Positions 30,275 to 39,287 of a stretch of DNA of 56,284 nt are shown here, piece after piece (within the stretch, counting starts at the first letter, position 1; each line of letters opens with the position of its first letter). Source of the stretch: an uncultured Eubacteriales bacterium (lineage in GTDB: Bacteria > Bacillota > Clostridia > Christensenellales > RUG350); contig ONBF01000004.1 in assembly GCA_900315995.1 (NCBI GenBank), positions 1 to 56,284 of the forward strand. Direction: 5' to 3'. The notes below the pieces were generated by a model. The model ran no database searches, was not told the DNA's origin, and worked only from the letters and a program-made list of their open reading frames with translations. Position numbers and translations under genes: made by a program.

Positions 30275-30482
30275 TGAACATATCTCCCATCAGTTTATAA
30301 AACTCGTTGTCTTTAAGAAGAGCTATTCCGCCCCTTTTTTTATCTCCCATCACCATTAAAGTGTCGCCCTCTTTGATGTCGAACATTTTTCGCGCTTCAA
30401 TCGGCACTGTGATTTGTCCTTTCGCCCCGACCTTAACGGATACGATAAATCTTTCTTCTTCGATTATTTTATCCATAACCAA
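30255..30482 (-). CDS. AbrB/MazE/SpoVT-family DNA-binding protein
   Basis: 75 aa. Swapped-hairpin motif VGAKGQITVPIEARKMFDIKEGDTLMV. 20-nt overlap with the downstream ATPase gene. Confidence 0.8.
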   Translation of the reverse strand: MVMDKIIEEERFIVSVKVGAKGQITVPIEARKMFDIKEGDTLMVMGDKKRGGIALLKDNEFYKLMGDMFNDGDKH

Positions 30483-30705
30483 TCTCCGACTTTTCTTACA
30501 TTATAACGCATTGCGCTATCGTCTTCAACAGTTTTATCGAATAAAAACGGACAAAGATAGTTTTTCTCAAAAATTTTTAATTTCAATCGGATATTCACCG
30601 TTTATCCGAAACAAAAAGAAATCAAAGTATAAAACCTTACGCCTCGGCTACAAAAGCGATACGGACGTTTACTTATTGTAAAAAAGTGAAAATATCTAAA
30701 AACCA

Positions 30706-30734
30706 TTGCATTTTTACAAAAACGAGTGTATAAT
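30706..30734 (+). promoter_or_regulatory. Extended -10 sigma-A promoter of the thiamine operon
   Basis: TTGCAT (30706-30711), 17-nt spacer ending in TG, TATAAT (30729-30734). Confidence 0.7.
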
Positions 30735-30744
30735 ACGCATAAGA

Positions 30745-30838
30745 TGAATATAGGGGAGCTTGTACCGACAGGCTGAGAGGAAGTTATTTAACTTCGACCC
30801 TTATACCTGATGTGGATAATGCCGCCGTAGGAAACATT
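30745..30838 (+). promoter_or_regulatory. TPP (THI-box) riboswitch
   Basis: Conserved elements taGGGGAGC...CTGAGAgg...ACCCttatACCTGATgtGGATAATGCCgcCGTAGGaAa. Confidence 0.92.
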
Positions 30839-30850
30839 TTCGCTCCGTTT

Positions 30851-30886
30851 CGGGAGAATACCACAAAAGGTGTTCTCCCGTTTTTT
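30851..30886 (+). terminator. Riboswitch expression-platform terminator
   Basis: cgggagaatacc / ggtgttctcccg stem followed by TTTTTT. Confidence 0.85.
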
Positions 30887-30950
30887 ATGCGAATTATACT
30901 TTTAAGCGCAATGCTTAAATAAAAAATCTTAAACCGATAAGGAGAAAAAA

Positions 30951-31772
30951 GTGTTTCGGAATATGCTTGAAAATGTGCGAAAGAATTGCCCGCTTATTCA
31001 TAATATTACCAACTATGTAACGGTAAACGACTGTGCAAACATATTGCTTGCCTGCGGCGCGTCTCCGATTATGGCTGACGACAAAGAAGAAGTTGCGGAA
31101 ATCACCGCAATCTGTTCCGGTTTGAATATTAACATCGGTACGCTTAACAATCGCACGATTGAATCTATGCTGATTGCCGGCAAACGAGCTAACGACCTGA
31201 ACCATCCGATTGTATTGGATCCCGTAGGATGCGGTGCGTCCAAACTTCGAACGGAAACGGCTATGAAACTTATCAAAGAAATAAAATTCACCGTTATCCG
31301 CGGCAATATCTCGGAAATCAAAACCTTGGCTTTCGGTAGCGGAACAACAAAAGGCGTTGACGCCGATATAGCCGATAAAATAACAGAAGAAAATCTTGAT
31401 AACGTTATTGATTTCGCAAAAGCTTTTGCTGAAAAAACAGGAGCGATTATTGCCATCACCGGCGCTATCGACATCATAACCGATAACCGAAAAACCTACT
31501 GCGTCCGCAACGGTCATCCTATGATGTCTTCCGTTACGGGAACGGGATGTCAGCTTTCCGCTATGACTGCGGCTTTTGTAGCGGCTAATAGCGAACACGC
31601 TTCGGAAGCTGTGGCGGCGGCGGTTTCCGCTATGGGTTATGCCGGTGAAACGGCTTACAAAAGACTTACAAAAACGGACGGTAACTCTACTTACGGAAAT
31701 TATATAATAGACGCGATTTACAATATGACTCCTGAAATGCTGGAAAAAGGCGCAAACTATGAAGTGCGATAA
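30951..31772 (+). CDS. thiM: Hydroxyethylthiazole kinase
   Basis: PLIHNITNYVTVNDCANILLACGASPIMA..., VLDPVG, GTGC. GTG start 6 nt after aggag. Confidence 0.92.
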   Translation: MFRNMLENVRKNCPLIHNITNYVTVNDCANILLACGASPIMADDKEEVAEITAICSGLNINIGTLNNRTIESMLIAGKRANDLNHPIVLDPVGCGASKLRTETAMKLIKEIKFTVIRGNISEIKTLAFGSGTTKGVDADIADKITEENLDNVIDFAKAFAEKTGAIIAITGAIDIITDNRKTYCVRNGHPMMSSVTGTGCQLSAMTAAFVAANSEHASEAVAAAVSAMGYAGETAYKRLTKTDGNSTYGNYIIDAIYNMTPEMLEKGANYEVR

Positions 31773-32336
31773 AAAAACAATGTTACTCTACGCTGTCACC
31801 GACAGATCGTGGGTAGGAAAACAAAGTTTATATGAACAGGTTGAGTCCGCTCTGAAAGGCGGCGTTACTTGCGTTCAACTTCGTGAAAAAAATTTGGACA
31901 ATGCGGCTTTTCTCAATGAAGCCATTGAGATTTCCGCCCTATGCAAGCGATATAAGGTACCTTTTATGACATGGACGCCGCACAAATTCGCCGAATAGTC
32001 GGAGACGATATGATTATCGGCGTTTCGGTACACTCCGTCAAAGAAGCTTTGGAAGCAGTCAAAAACGGTGCGGACTGTCTTGGCGTCGGAGCCGTCTTCC
32101 CCACTTCCACGAAAACAGATGTAAACGTCATCCCGAAAGAAACGCTTCGCGATATTTGCTCCGCCGTGCATATTCCGATTGTCGCCATAGGCGGAATCAA
32201 TAAATCAAATATATCCCGACTTGCGGGTATCGGCGTGGACGGTGTGGCTTTGGTCAGCGCGATTTTCGCAGCCGACGACATCGAAAACGAATGTAAACTG
32301 CTTCGCAAACTGTCGGAAGAAACGGTGAACGCATGA
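31759..32336 (+). pseudogene. thiE: Thiamine-phosphate synthase, disrupted by an internal deletion with frameshift
   Basis: The N-terminal part (LLYAVTDR...VQLREK...CKRYKVPF) stops at 31996-31998. The C-terminal part (DMDAAQIRRIVGDDMIIGVSVH...IVAIGGI...GVALVSAIF) is in another frame. The ~21-22 aa between them (IxND...ADG[VI]H[LIV]GQ) are absent. Confidence 0.8.
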
Positions 32337-32995
32337 AAGTAAAGTGTGCAATCTTTGATTTTGACGGAACACTTTTTAATTCTATGTCAATTTGGGACAG
32401 CGTCGGTGAAATATATCTTCGTTCCGTCAAAAAAGTGCCGAAACCGTCAATGCGTGAAGATGTACGAGCGTTGAGCCTTTATCAGTCTGCTTGCTATTTT
32501 AAGCAAGAATATAACCTGTCTTTTTCCATAGAGAAAATTATGACGGATATCAATCGGACTATCGAACATTTTTATATCCGCGAGATTTTACCGAAACCTG
32601 GTGTGATTGATTTTCTGAAACAAATGAAAAAGGCTGAGATTCCGATGTGTATCACTTCGGCGTCTGCCCGCTACCTAATAGAAGCCGCTTTGAACAGATG
32701 TGAAATGAAACATTATTTTGAAGATATCTTCACTTGCGACGAAGTCGGTCACGGTAAAGACGAGCCGTTTATCTTTCAAAAGGCTATGGCGCATTTCGGT
32801 GCCGATCGCAGTTCCGCCATTGTTTTTGAAGACGCTCTCTATGCAATTCGGACTGCGAAAGCCGACGGCTTTACGGTAGTGGCGGTATTCGATGAGAGTG
32901 AAAAACGCCAAAGCGAAATCAGTGAAACAGTTGACTTCCGTATTGCGAATTTTGAACATACCGAGAAGTTTTGGAAGTTTGTTTCGGCTGAATAA
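32333..32995 (+). CDS. HAD-superfamily hydrolase (candidate thiamine monophosphate phosphatase)
   Basis: Motif I AIFDFDGTLF, motif II ITSAS, C-terminal FEDA. Embedded in the thi operon. Confidence 0.8.
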   Translation: MKVKCAIFDFDGTLFNSMSIWDSVGEIYLRSVKKVPKPSMREDVRALSLYQSACYFKQEYNLSFSIEKIMTDINRTIEHFYIREILPKPGVIDFLKQMKKAEIPMCITSASARYLIEAALNRCEMKHYFEDIFTCDEVGHGKDEPFIFQKAMAHFGADRSSAIVFEDALYAIRTAKADGFTVVAVFDESEKRQSEISETVDFRIANFEHTEKFWKFVSAE

Positions 32996-33074
32996 GCCGA
33001 AAACTTCATACAGTGGATTAAGGCGCAACTTTATGCCACCATATAAAACAATGTTTATTAAGGAGAACAAAACA

Positions 33075-33890
33075 ATGAAGTTAAAAACAGTATTGACAAT
33101 CGCCGGAAGCGATTGCAGCGGAGGCGCAGGTATTCAAGCCGATTTGAAAACAATGACTATGAACGGCGTTTACGGCATGAGCGCGATCACTGCGCTCACG
33201 GCGCAAAACACAATCGGCGTGAGCGCAATTCAAGAATCAACGCCCGACTTTTTGAGACAGCAAATTGATTCGATATTCGAGGACATTTATCCCGATGCTG
33301 TTAAAATCGGTATGGTATCTTCCTGCGAACTGATACGCGTAATTGCGGATAGATTGAAATATTACAATGCAAACAATATTGTTGTCGACCCGGTTATGAT
33401 TGCGACTTCGGGTTCGGCTTTAATGAAAAATGACGCGGTAAAAACACTTATTGAAGAATTACTGCCCGTTTCCGCTCTTGTCACCCCCAATATCCCCGAA
33501 GCACAAATTCTCTCCGAACTGACTATTGAAACCAAAGATGATATGATTGCCGCGACAAAACAAATCGGAGACAACTATCATTGTGCGGTTCTTCTCAAAG
33601 GCGGTCATAACATAAACGATGCAAACGATCTGCTTTATGCAAACGGCGAACTGATTTGGTTTGAAGGAAAACGCATAAATAATCCCAACACCCATGGCAC
33701 CGGATGCACACTTTCAAGTGCCATCGCATCCAATCTTGCCAAAGGATTTTCTCTCACAAAGTCCGTTCAAAGAGCAAAAGATTATATCTCCGATGCTTTG
33801 GCGGCAATGCTTGATTTGGGGAAAGGTTCGGGACCGATTAATCACGCGTTTAATCTGCAAGGAGAATATGCAAAGGAGGCAACGAAATGA
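33075..33890 (+). CDS. thiD: Hydroxymethylpyrimidine / phosphomethylpyrimidine kinase
   Basis: VLTIAGSDCSGGAGIQADLKT, VVDPVM, GTGCTLSSAIA. ATG at 33075 after aaggag (the ORF track start at 32892 is too far upstream). Confidence 0.93.
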   Translation: MKLKTVLTIAGSDCSGGAGIQADLKTMTMNGVYGMSAITALTAQNTIGVSAIQESTPDFLRQQIDSIFEDIYPDAVKIGMVSSCELIRVIADRLKYYNANNIVVDPVMIATSGSALMKNDAVKTLIEELLPVSALVTPNIPEAQILSELTIETKDDMIAATKQIGDNYHCAVLLKGGHNINDANDLLYANGELIWFEGKRINNPNTHGTGCTLSSAIASNLAKGFSLTKSVQRAKDYISDALAAMLDLGKGSGPINHAFNLQGEYAKEATK

Positions 33891-34546
33891 GTACTGTGGA
33901 AAGACTGCTTTCCGCTACAACGGAAATTTGGGAAGCGTACAACGCGCATCCGTTTGTTTCGGGTATTAAAAACGGTACTTTGGACAAAGAGAAATTTCGC
34001 TATTATATTATCCAAGATTATCTCTATCTTGAAGAATATGCAAAAACATTTGCAATAGGTATTGCCAAAGCCAAAAGCCTAAAAACAGAAAATCTCTTTG
34101 CAAAGTATATTTCCGTTATTAACGGAGAACTTAACGTTCACAACGGTTATCTTGCAAAACTTCGGGTGACACAAGAAGAAATCGATTCCACACCGCGTTC
34201 TCTTGATAACTTATCCTATACATCATATATGCTCCGTGTGGCATACGAAGAAGGTGAAGCGGAAATCCTTACGGCAATTCTCTCATGTGCATACAGTTAT
34301 GAGATTATCGCAAAGAATATTGTGAAAAACAACCCCGAATCCATAAACGACGAATTTTACGGAGATTGGATTAAAGGCTACTCTTCAAATACTTATGCCG
34401 AGGAAAACATAATTCTTTTGAACGAAATTAATCGGCTGACCGATAGATATACCGAAAAACAGATTAAGCATCTCGTTGATATATTCGTTATCTGCTCCCG
34501 TTACGAGCTTGCTTTTTGGGAAATGTCTTGGAGAATGAGCAAATGA
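33887..34546 (+). CDS. tenA: Thiaminase II / aminopyrimidine aminohydrolase
   Basis: HPFV.GI.NGTL....F.YYI.QDY.YL pattern. Operon context. Confidence 0.88.
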   Translation: MSTVERLLSATTEIWEAYNAHPFVSGIKNGTLDKEKFRYYIIQDYLYLEEYAKTFAIGIAKAKSLKTENLFAKYISVINGELNVHNGYLAKLRVTQEEIDSTPRSLDNLSYTSYMLRVAYEEGEAEILTAILSCAYSYEIIAKNIVKNNPESINDEFYGDWIKGYSSNTYAEENIILLNEINRLTDRYTEKQIKHLVDIFVICSRYELAFWEMSWRMSK

Positions 34547-35169
34547 CGAAGCGTTGTGTAATTGTAGGCGGTGCGGATATAAATAATTATGACTTTATTC
34601 GTAAAATACTGCGTGACGACGACTATGTGATTTTTTGCGACAGCGGTTTGAAGCATATGGAAAATTTGCAAGTACGTCCGAGTTTGATTGTCGGTGATTT
34701 CGATTCCCATGAAAATCCGCACATCGATGTTGAAACCATAGTCCTTCCACGCGAAAAGGATGACACCGATACCGTCTATGCCGTAAAAGAAGCCGTACGC
34801 AGAGAATTCGATAACTTTCTTTTAATCGGAGTTATCGGGGCAAGACTTGACCACTCACTCGGAAATGTGTCTGTTTTACTGTATCTTGATTCCATCGGTA
34901 AGAAAGGTTTCATAATAGACGATTATTCCGAAATGGAGATTGTTTCCGACAAAACGGTTTCCATCGGCGATCAATATGCTTTCTTTTCTCTGATAAATAT
35001 AACCGGCTGTGCAAAAGGCATCACCGTCACGGGAGCAAAGTATCCGTTGGACAATGCGGAAATTTCGTGCGAATACCAGTACGGAGTAAGCAATGAAGTT
35101 TTACCCGATAAAACGGCTACCGTAGCTGTTGCAAACGGAAAACTGCTTTTGATAAAAATTCTCAAATAA
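34543..35169 (+). CDS. thiN: Thiamine diphosphokinase (TPK)
   Basis: VIVGGADI...FCDSG...PSLIVGDFDS...KDDTD...GARLDHSLGN. The ATG overlaps the tenA stop (ATGA). Confidence 0.88.
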   Translation: MTKRCVIVGGADINNYDFIRKILRDDDYVIFCDSGLKHMENLQVRPSLIVGDFDSHENPHIDVETIVLPREKDDTDTVYAVKEAVRREFDNFLLIGVIGARLDHSLGNVSVLLYLDSIGKKGFIIDDYSEMEIVSDKTVSIGDQYAFFSLINITGCAKGITVTGAKYPLDNAEISCEYQYGVSNEVLPDKTATVAVANGKLLLIKILK

Positions 35170-35353
35170 GTAAAATCAAACTTTTTTGCAACTGTATGAT
35201 ACGGTAATGGATTAAGCAAAGCGAAACGGGAACCCTATAGGTATTATGCCCAACTTCCATCAAATCTTATTTAATTATTTTTTAAATTCAACTGTCTACT
35301 TGACAAGACTCAGTTCAGTTCAAAATGCTTGAGTTTTATAATTCATTTTAAAT

Positions 35354-36016
35354 TTAATCTAGAACCATATTTGTCAGTTTATGATATCGTTGATATAAAG
35401 TTTCATTCTTTGGTGAGTCCCCACCTAGATCTTTTATTGCCTGCCCTATGATCGCTTTTTTAGATGGATTTGAATTGTTTAAAACCTCATTCCCAGTTTT
35501 AATATCTATTATTTTCAATGTACCATCATCTCCAGTTGTTCCATGATATTGTTTTCCAGTAAGACTAGATCTAAAATCAATATCCTTGAAATGATGCCTA
35601 TTTGCACTCAATTTCTTTACTTCTTCTGCACTAGCTTCATCTTTAGCTTCTTGATCAGTTAACTTATATCGTTTTAATTTATCTTCCGAACCACTTATTT
35701 TTGCGATCTTCTCTAGAATTGAATATGCTTTTTCTGGGCTCATTGCATAGAATTCTCGAACTCTAGATTTTCCTCCAATTATCTCTTTGCTTCTTAAATT
35801 CGGATTAAGTTGATCTATTAGACTATGGACATTTTTATCTTGAAGTCTTCCTGCAACCTCATATGTAGCATAAATTCTAAACCCAAAAGGTGTTGTTTCA
35901 TGACTATTTAAAATTTTTACTCTTTTTTCTACATCATCTGCATATCCTATTTTTACCCATTCTTTAAAAGACGGATTTGTTAATATGTATATATAATAAC
36001 CTTTTGCCTTTTCCAT
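35354..36016 (-). CDS. GIY-YIG / T5orf172 (MUG113)-type domain protein with uncharacterised C-terminal domain
   Basis: GYYIYILTNPSFKEWVKIGYADDVEKRVKILNS...REFY pattern. AT-rich gene. ATG at 36016 preferred (ggag 9 nt upstream). Confidence 0.65.
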   Translation of the reverse strand: MEKAKGYYIYILTNPSFKEWVKIGYADDVEKRVKILNSHETTPFGFRIYATYEVAGRLQDKNVHSLIDQLNPNLRSKEIIGGKSRVREFYAMSPEKAYSILEKIAKISGSEDKLKRYKLTDQEAKDEASAEEVKKLSANRHHFKDIDFRSSLTGKQYHGTTGDDGTLKIIDIKTGNEVLNNSNPSKKAIIGQAIKDLGGDSPKNETLYQRYHKLTNMVLD

Positions 36017-36126
36017 AAAAATCAACTCCATTCACATTTATTTTTATAAATTATATCATATTTTTATGATTCTTTATACACCTTAGCTAAAACTGGTTAT
36101 ACATTCTTAAAATCTATTTTATTTCA

Positions 36127-36203
36127 AATCGTGTAAAATTTTTAGCACCCCTACTTGTAATCGTGTAAAATTTTTAGCACCCTTGCCTCAAATCGTGTAA
36201 AAC
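36127..36203. repeat. Iterated 32-bp-period direct repeats (2 full copies plus 1 partial) of aatcgtgtaaaatttttagcaccc
   Basis: Identical 24-mers at 36127-36150 and 36159-36182. A partial copy aatcgtgtaaaac lies at 36191-36203. Confidence 0.95.
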
Positions 36204-36349
36204 AACTTTAAGTAAATTCATATTAAAAGATTATTTTAGACCTGCAAATAATAAAAAGAACTACTAAGAGCTCAAAATATGGGGTTCAAACCTATTCTAA
36301 ATACAAAAAAAGGCTTAATACCAATGGTATTAAACCTATTCTTCTATTT

Positions 36350-36658
36350 TGGTGGATGTGACGGGAATCGAACCCGTGTTCAAAAAAACTGCCGACGCTT
36401 CTTCTACATGCTTAGTTCGTGTTCAATCCTTTTGACTTTACATAACGCAACGTTGTCCGTATAGTTAATGCCGAGCACTCGCCCTACGGAGAAACGAGAC
36501 CGACATCGCCGCCTTAGGCAGCGAAAGCGTAATTGTTGTAATTTACGCTTGAATTTTTGTTTTCAGCATTTATTGCTTTTTCGCGTTTTTACGAAGTCGC
36601 AACCCTTCGACATGCTTCACTCGCCCTCACGTTTCCCTGTCGAATCCAAAACACACCC
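36350..36658 (-). ncRNA. ssrA: tmRNA (SsrA), about 309 nt
   Basis: Minus strand starts GGGTGTGTTTTGGATTCGACAGGGAAACG and ends GGGTTCGATTCCCGTCACATCCACCA. Acceptor has the G3:U pair. Tag reading frame ...GCTGAAAACAAAAATTCAAGCGTAAATTACAACAATTACGCTTTCGCTGCCTAA gives (A)ENKNSSVNYNNYAFAA*. Confidence 0.92.
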
Positions 36659-36675
36659 GTAAGAGTAGTATGAAC

Positions 36676-36703
36676 ATTATAACACATTATTTACGTTTTG
36701 CAA
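36676..36703 (-). promoter_or_regulatory. ssrA promoter (extended -10)
   Basis: On the minus strand: TTGCAA (36703-36698), 16-nt spacer ending in TGt, TATAAT (36681-36676). About 17 nt upstream of the mature 5' end. Confidence 0.6.
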
Positions 36704-36741
36704 CAATTAACTTGTCTGTTATAATCTGTTATAATATTAAT

Positions 36742-37251
36742 ATGACGAAAACAAATACCGATTACGTCCACTCGACGCACGGCTTCGGCGCGGTGTACGA
36801 TACTGCTTCAAAAATTTTGATACTCGGCTCGCACCCGTCCGTAAAGTCAAAACAAGCGGGCTTTTTCTATATGCACCCGAAAAACCGCTTTTGGAAAGTT
36901 TTGTCCCGCCTTTTTAACGTTGACTTTATCGACGCCGACATCGCTACTCGCAAAACTCTTTTACTTAATAATCATATTGCCATATACGACGTAGTCGAAG
37001 AGTGCGACATAATAGCGTCAAGCGACGCGTCTATACGTAACGTAGTTTATGCTGATATACCGACTATAATCGATTCTTCGCAAATTAAACATATCTTCCT
37101 TAACGGTCAAAAGGCGTATACTTTATTTGTCAAAGCCTTTCCGCAATATGTAAGTATCGCAACGCCTTTGCCGTCCACGTCTCCCGCAAACGCCGCCGCT
37201 TCGCTCGAAAAACTGCTCGATAAGTGGAAAGTGATTACTGCGTTTTTATAA
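36742..37251 (+). CDS. Uracil-DNA glycosylase superfamily protein (DNA-deoxyinosine / mismatch glycosylase-like)
   Basis: ILILGSHPSVKS, FYMHPKNRFW, PSTSPAN motifs. Start taken at the internal ATG 36742, because the upstream part of the track ORF overlaps the promoters. Confidence 0.8.
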   Translation: MTKTNTDYVHSTHGFGAVYDTASKILILGSHPSVKSKQAGFFYMHPKNRFWKVLSRLFNVDFIDADIATRKTLLLNNHIAIYDVVEECDIIASSDASIRNVVYADIPTIIDSSQIKHIFLNGQKAYTLFVKAFPQYVSIATPLPSTSPANAAASLEKLLDKWKVITAFL

Positions 37252-37376
37252 AACAAAAGTTATCTGACTGCGCTATTTTTAATTTTTTTTTATCAAAGTA
37301 TTTTAGAACAAAGCACACCGTTATACGTCAAGCAATCGGAACTTCAAGAAATAATAACGCTATAAGAATTTGCTTT

Positions 37377-39287
37377 TTATTCCAATTCATACAAGCCTTG
37401 CGCGAGCTTATAATACGTTCCTTTAAGCGACATTAACTGTTCGTGCGTACCGCGTTCCGTTATGCGCCCGTGATCCAAAACCATAATTGCATTGGCTCTT
37501 CTTACGGTCGATAATCTGTGCGCTATGACGAATACCGTTTTACCTTTCATAAGTTCACTCATACCTTTCTCGATAATGGCTTCCGTACGCGTATCTATCG
37601 AGCTTGTCGCCTCGTCGAGTATAAGAACGGGCGGATCGGCTATTGCCGCGCGCGCGATTGCGATAAGCTGACGTTGTCCCTGCGATAAATTCGCCCCATC
37701 CGCCGTTAGCATAGTGTCGTATCCTTGCGGTAAGTGAGATATGAAAAAGTCGGCGTTTGCTATCTTTGCGGCATTTATCACTTCTTCGTCCGTCGCGTCG
37801 AGCTTTCCGAACCTTATATTGTCCGCAACCGTCCCCGTAAACAAATGCGTGTCTTGTAAAACCATTGCCTGAGAACGTCTCAAATCGGCTTTCTTGATTT
37901 TATTGATATTAATTCCGTCGTATCTTATCTTACCGTCGGGAACATCGTAAAAACGGTTTATCAGATTTGTAATAGTCGTCTTGCCCGCGCCCGTTGCGCC
38001 GACAAACGCTATCTGCTGACCCGGTTTTGCATACAGCGATACGTCGTACAAAACCTGCTTGTTTTCTTCGTATCCGAAAGATACATCCGCAAATCTCACG
38101 TCGCCTTTGAGTTCCGTATACGTAAGCGTCCCGTCGTGGTGCGGATGTTTCCACGCCCATTTACCCGTACGCGTTTCGCTTTCCGTGATATTGCCGTTCT
38201 TGTCGATATTCGCATTGACAAGCGTAACGTACCCGTTATCTTCTTCGTGCGGAGTGTCGATTATATCGAATATACGTTGCGCGCCCGCAACCGCCATCAT
38301 AATAATATTAATCTGTTGCGAGAAGTTACCGATAGGCAGAGTCACGTTTCGCATCAGCGGTAAAAATACGACTATATCACTCGGCGTAGCCATACCGTTT
38401 AAGACAAGCACACCGCCTAACGTTGCGATAAGCGCATAGAATAAGTAACCTAAATTACCGAGTATTGGCATCAGAATATTTGCGTAACCGTTGGCTTTTG
38501 CGGTAGCCGTGTTGAGTCTTTCGTTAATTGAATCGAAATTTTCAACTGTCTTTTCTTCACGACAGAATACTTTGACTGCTTTTTGCCCTTCAATATACTC
38601 TTCGATATAACCGTTATTTCTGCCTATCTCCGTTTGACGTTTAATAAAGTATTTACCCGACTTGCCGCCTACCACCTTAACGACCGTAAGCATAATTACG
38701 AGCATAGCGACTACTATAAGCGCAAGCGCCCAATTTGCGATAAACAACATAACGAACGTCGCAATAACTGTCGATACCGTATCTATCGTCTTAGGTAAAC
38801 TTTGACTGAAAAACTCTCTTAACGTATCGGTGTCGTTGGTAAATCTGCTCATTATATCGCCGTGCGCGTGAGTATCGAAATACTTTACGGGTAACTTTTG
38901 CAGCGTTATGAACATTTCGTCTCTCAATGCTTTCATTATGCGTGAACACAACATCAACATAAGTCGCGCATATGCGTACGCACAAATCGTCGCGCCCACG
39001 AAAAAGCCGCCCATTATCAACAGCATCCTGTAAAGCTCCGCGTACTCGAATACCGCTTTTCCGTCTTTAATTTCTCCGAAGTATGCGGTAATGGTTTTGA
39101 TTTGGAACATACCGATTACGTTCAAAACGGAACTTGCCACGATAAGCAAAATTACAAACCCGAACAAAAACCTGTATTTCTTCGCATAACTTAAAAGTCT
39201 GCCTATAACCTTAAACATATTGCCTTTCTTTTGCGGTTGTCCGACTTGCACGTTTTTCGGAAGCGTCGTCGTCTTTATATCAGCCAT
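37377..39287 (-). CDS. ABC exporter, fused permease/ATPase (heterodimer partner 2)
   Basis: Six-TM domain plus an NBD: Walker A GATGAGKTT, signature LSQGQRQ, Walker B LILDEATS. Confidence 0.9.
   Translation of the reverse strand: MADIKTTTLPKNVQVGQPQKKGNMFKVIGRLLSYAKKYRFLFGFVILLIVASSVLNVIGMFQIKTITAYFGEIKDGKAVFEYAELYRMLLIMGGFFVGATICAYAYARLMLMLCSRIMKALRDEMFITLQKLPVKYFDTHAHGDIMSRFTNDTDTLREFFSQSLPKTIDTVSTVIATFVMLFIANWALALIVVAMLVIMLTVVKVVGGKSGKYFIKRQTEIGRNNGYIEEYIEGQKAVKVFCREEKTVENFDSINERLNTATAKANGYANILMPILGNLGYLFYALIATLGGVLVLNGMATPSDIVVFLPLMRNVTLPIGNFSQQINIIMMAVAGAQRIFDIIDTPHEEDNGYVTLVNANIDKNGNITESETRTGKWAWKHPHHDGTLTYTELKGDVRFADVSFGYEENKQVLYDVSLYAKPGQQIAFVGATGAGKTTITNLINRFYDVPDGKIRYDGININKIKKADLRRSQAMVLQDTHLFTGTVADNIRFGKLDATDEEVINAAKIANADFFISHLPQGYDTMLTADGANLSQGQRQLIAIARAAIADPPVLILDEATSSIDTRTEAIIEKGMSELMKGKTVFVIAHRLSTVRRANAIMVLDHGRITERGTHEQLMSLKGTYYKLAQGLYELE

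Noticed and set aside
35170-35350. attL/attR-type duplication of the tmRNA 3' end marking the island border.
   Set aside because: Only a weak partial match (aacgggaaccc against gacgggaatcgaaccc). This is insufficient to call an att site.
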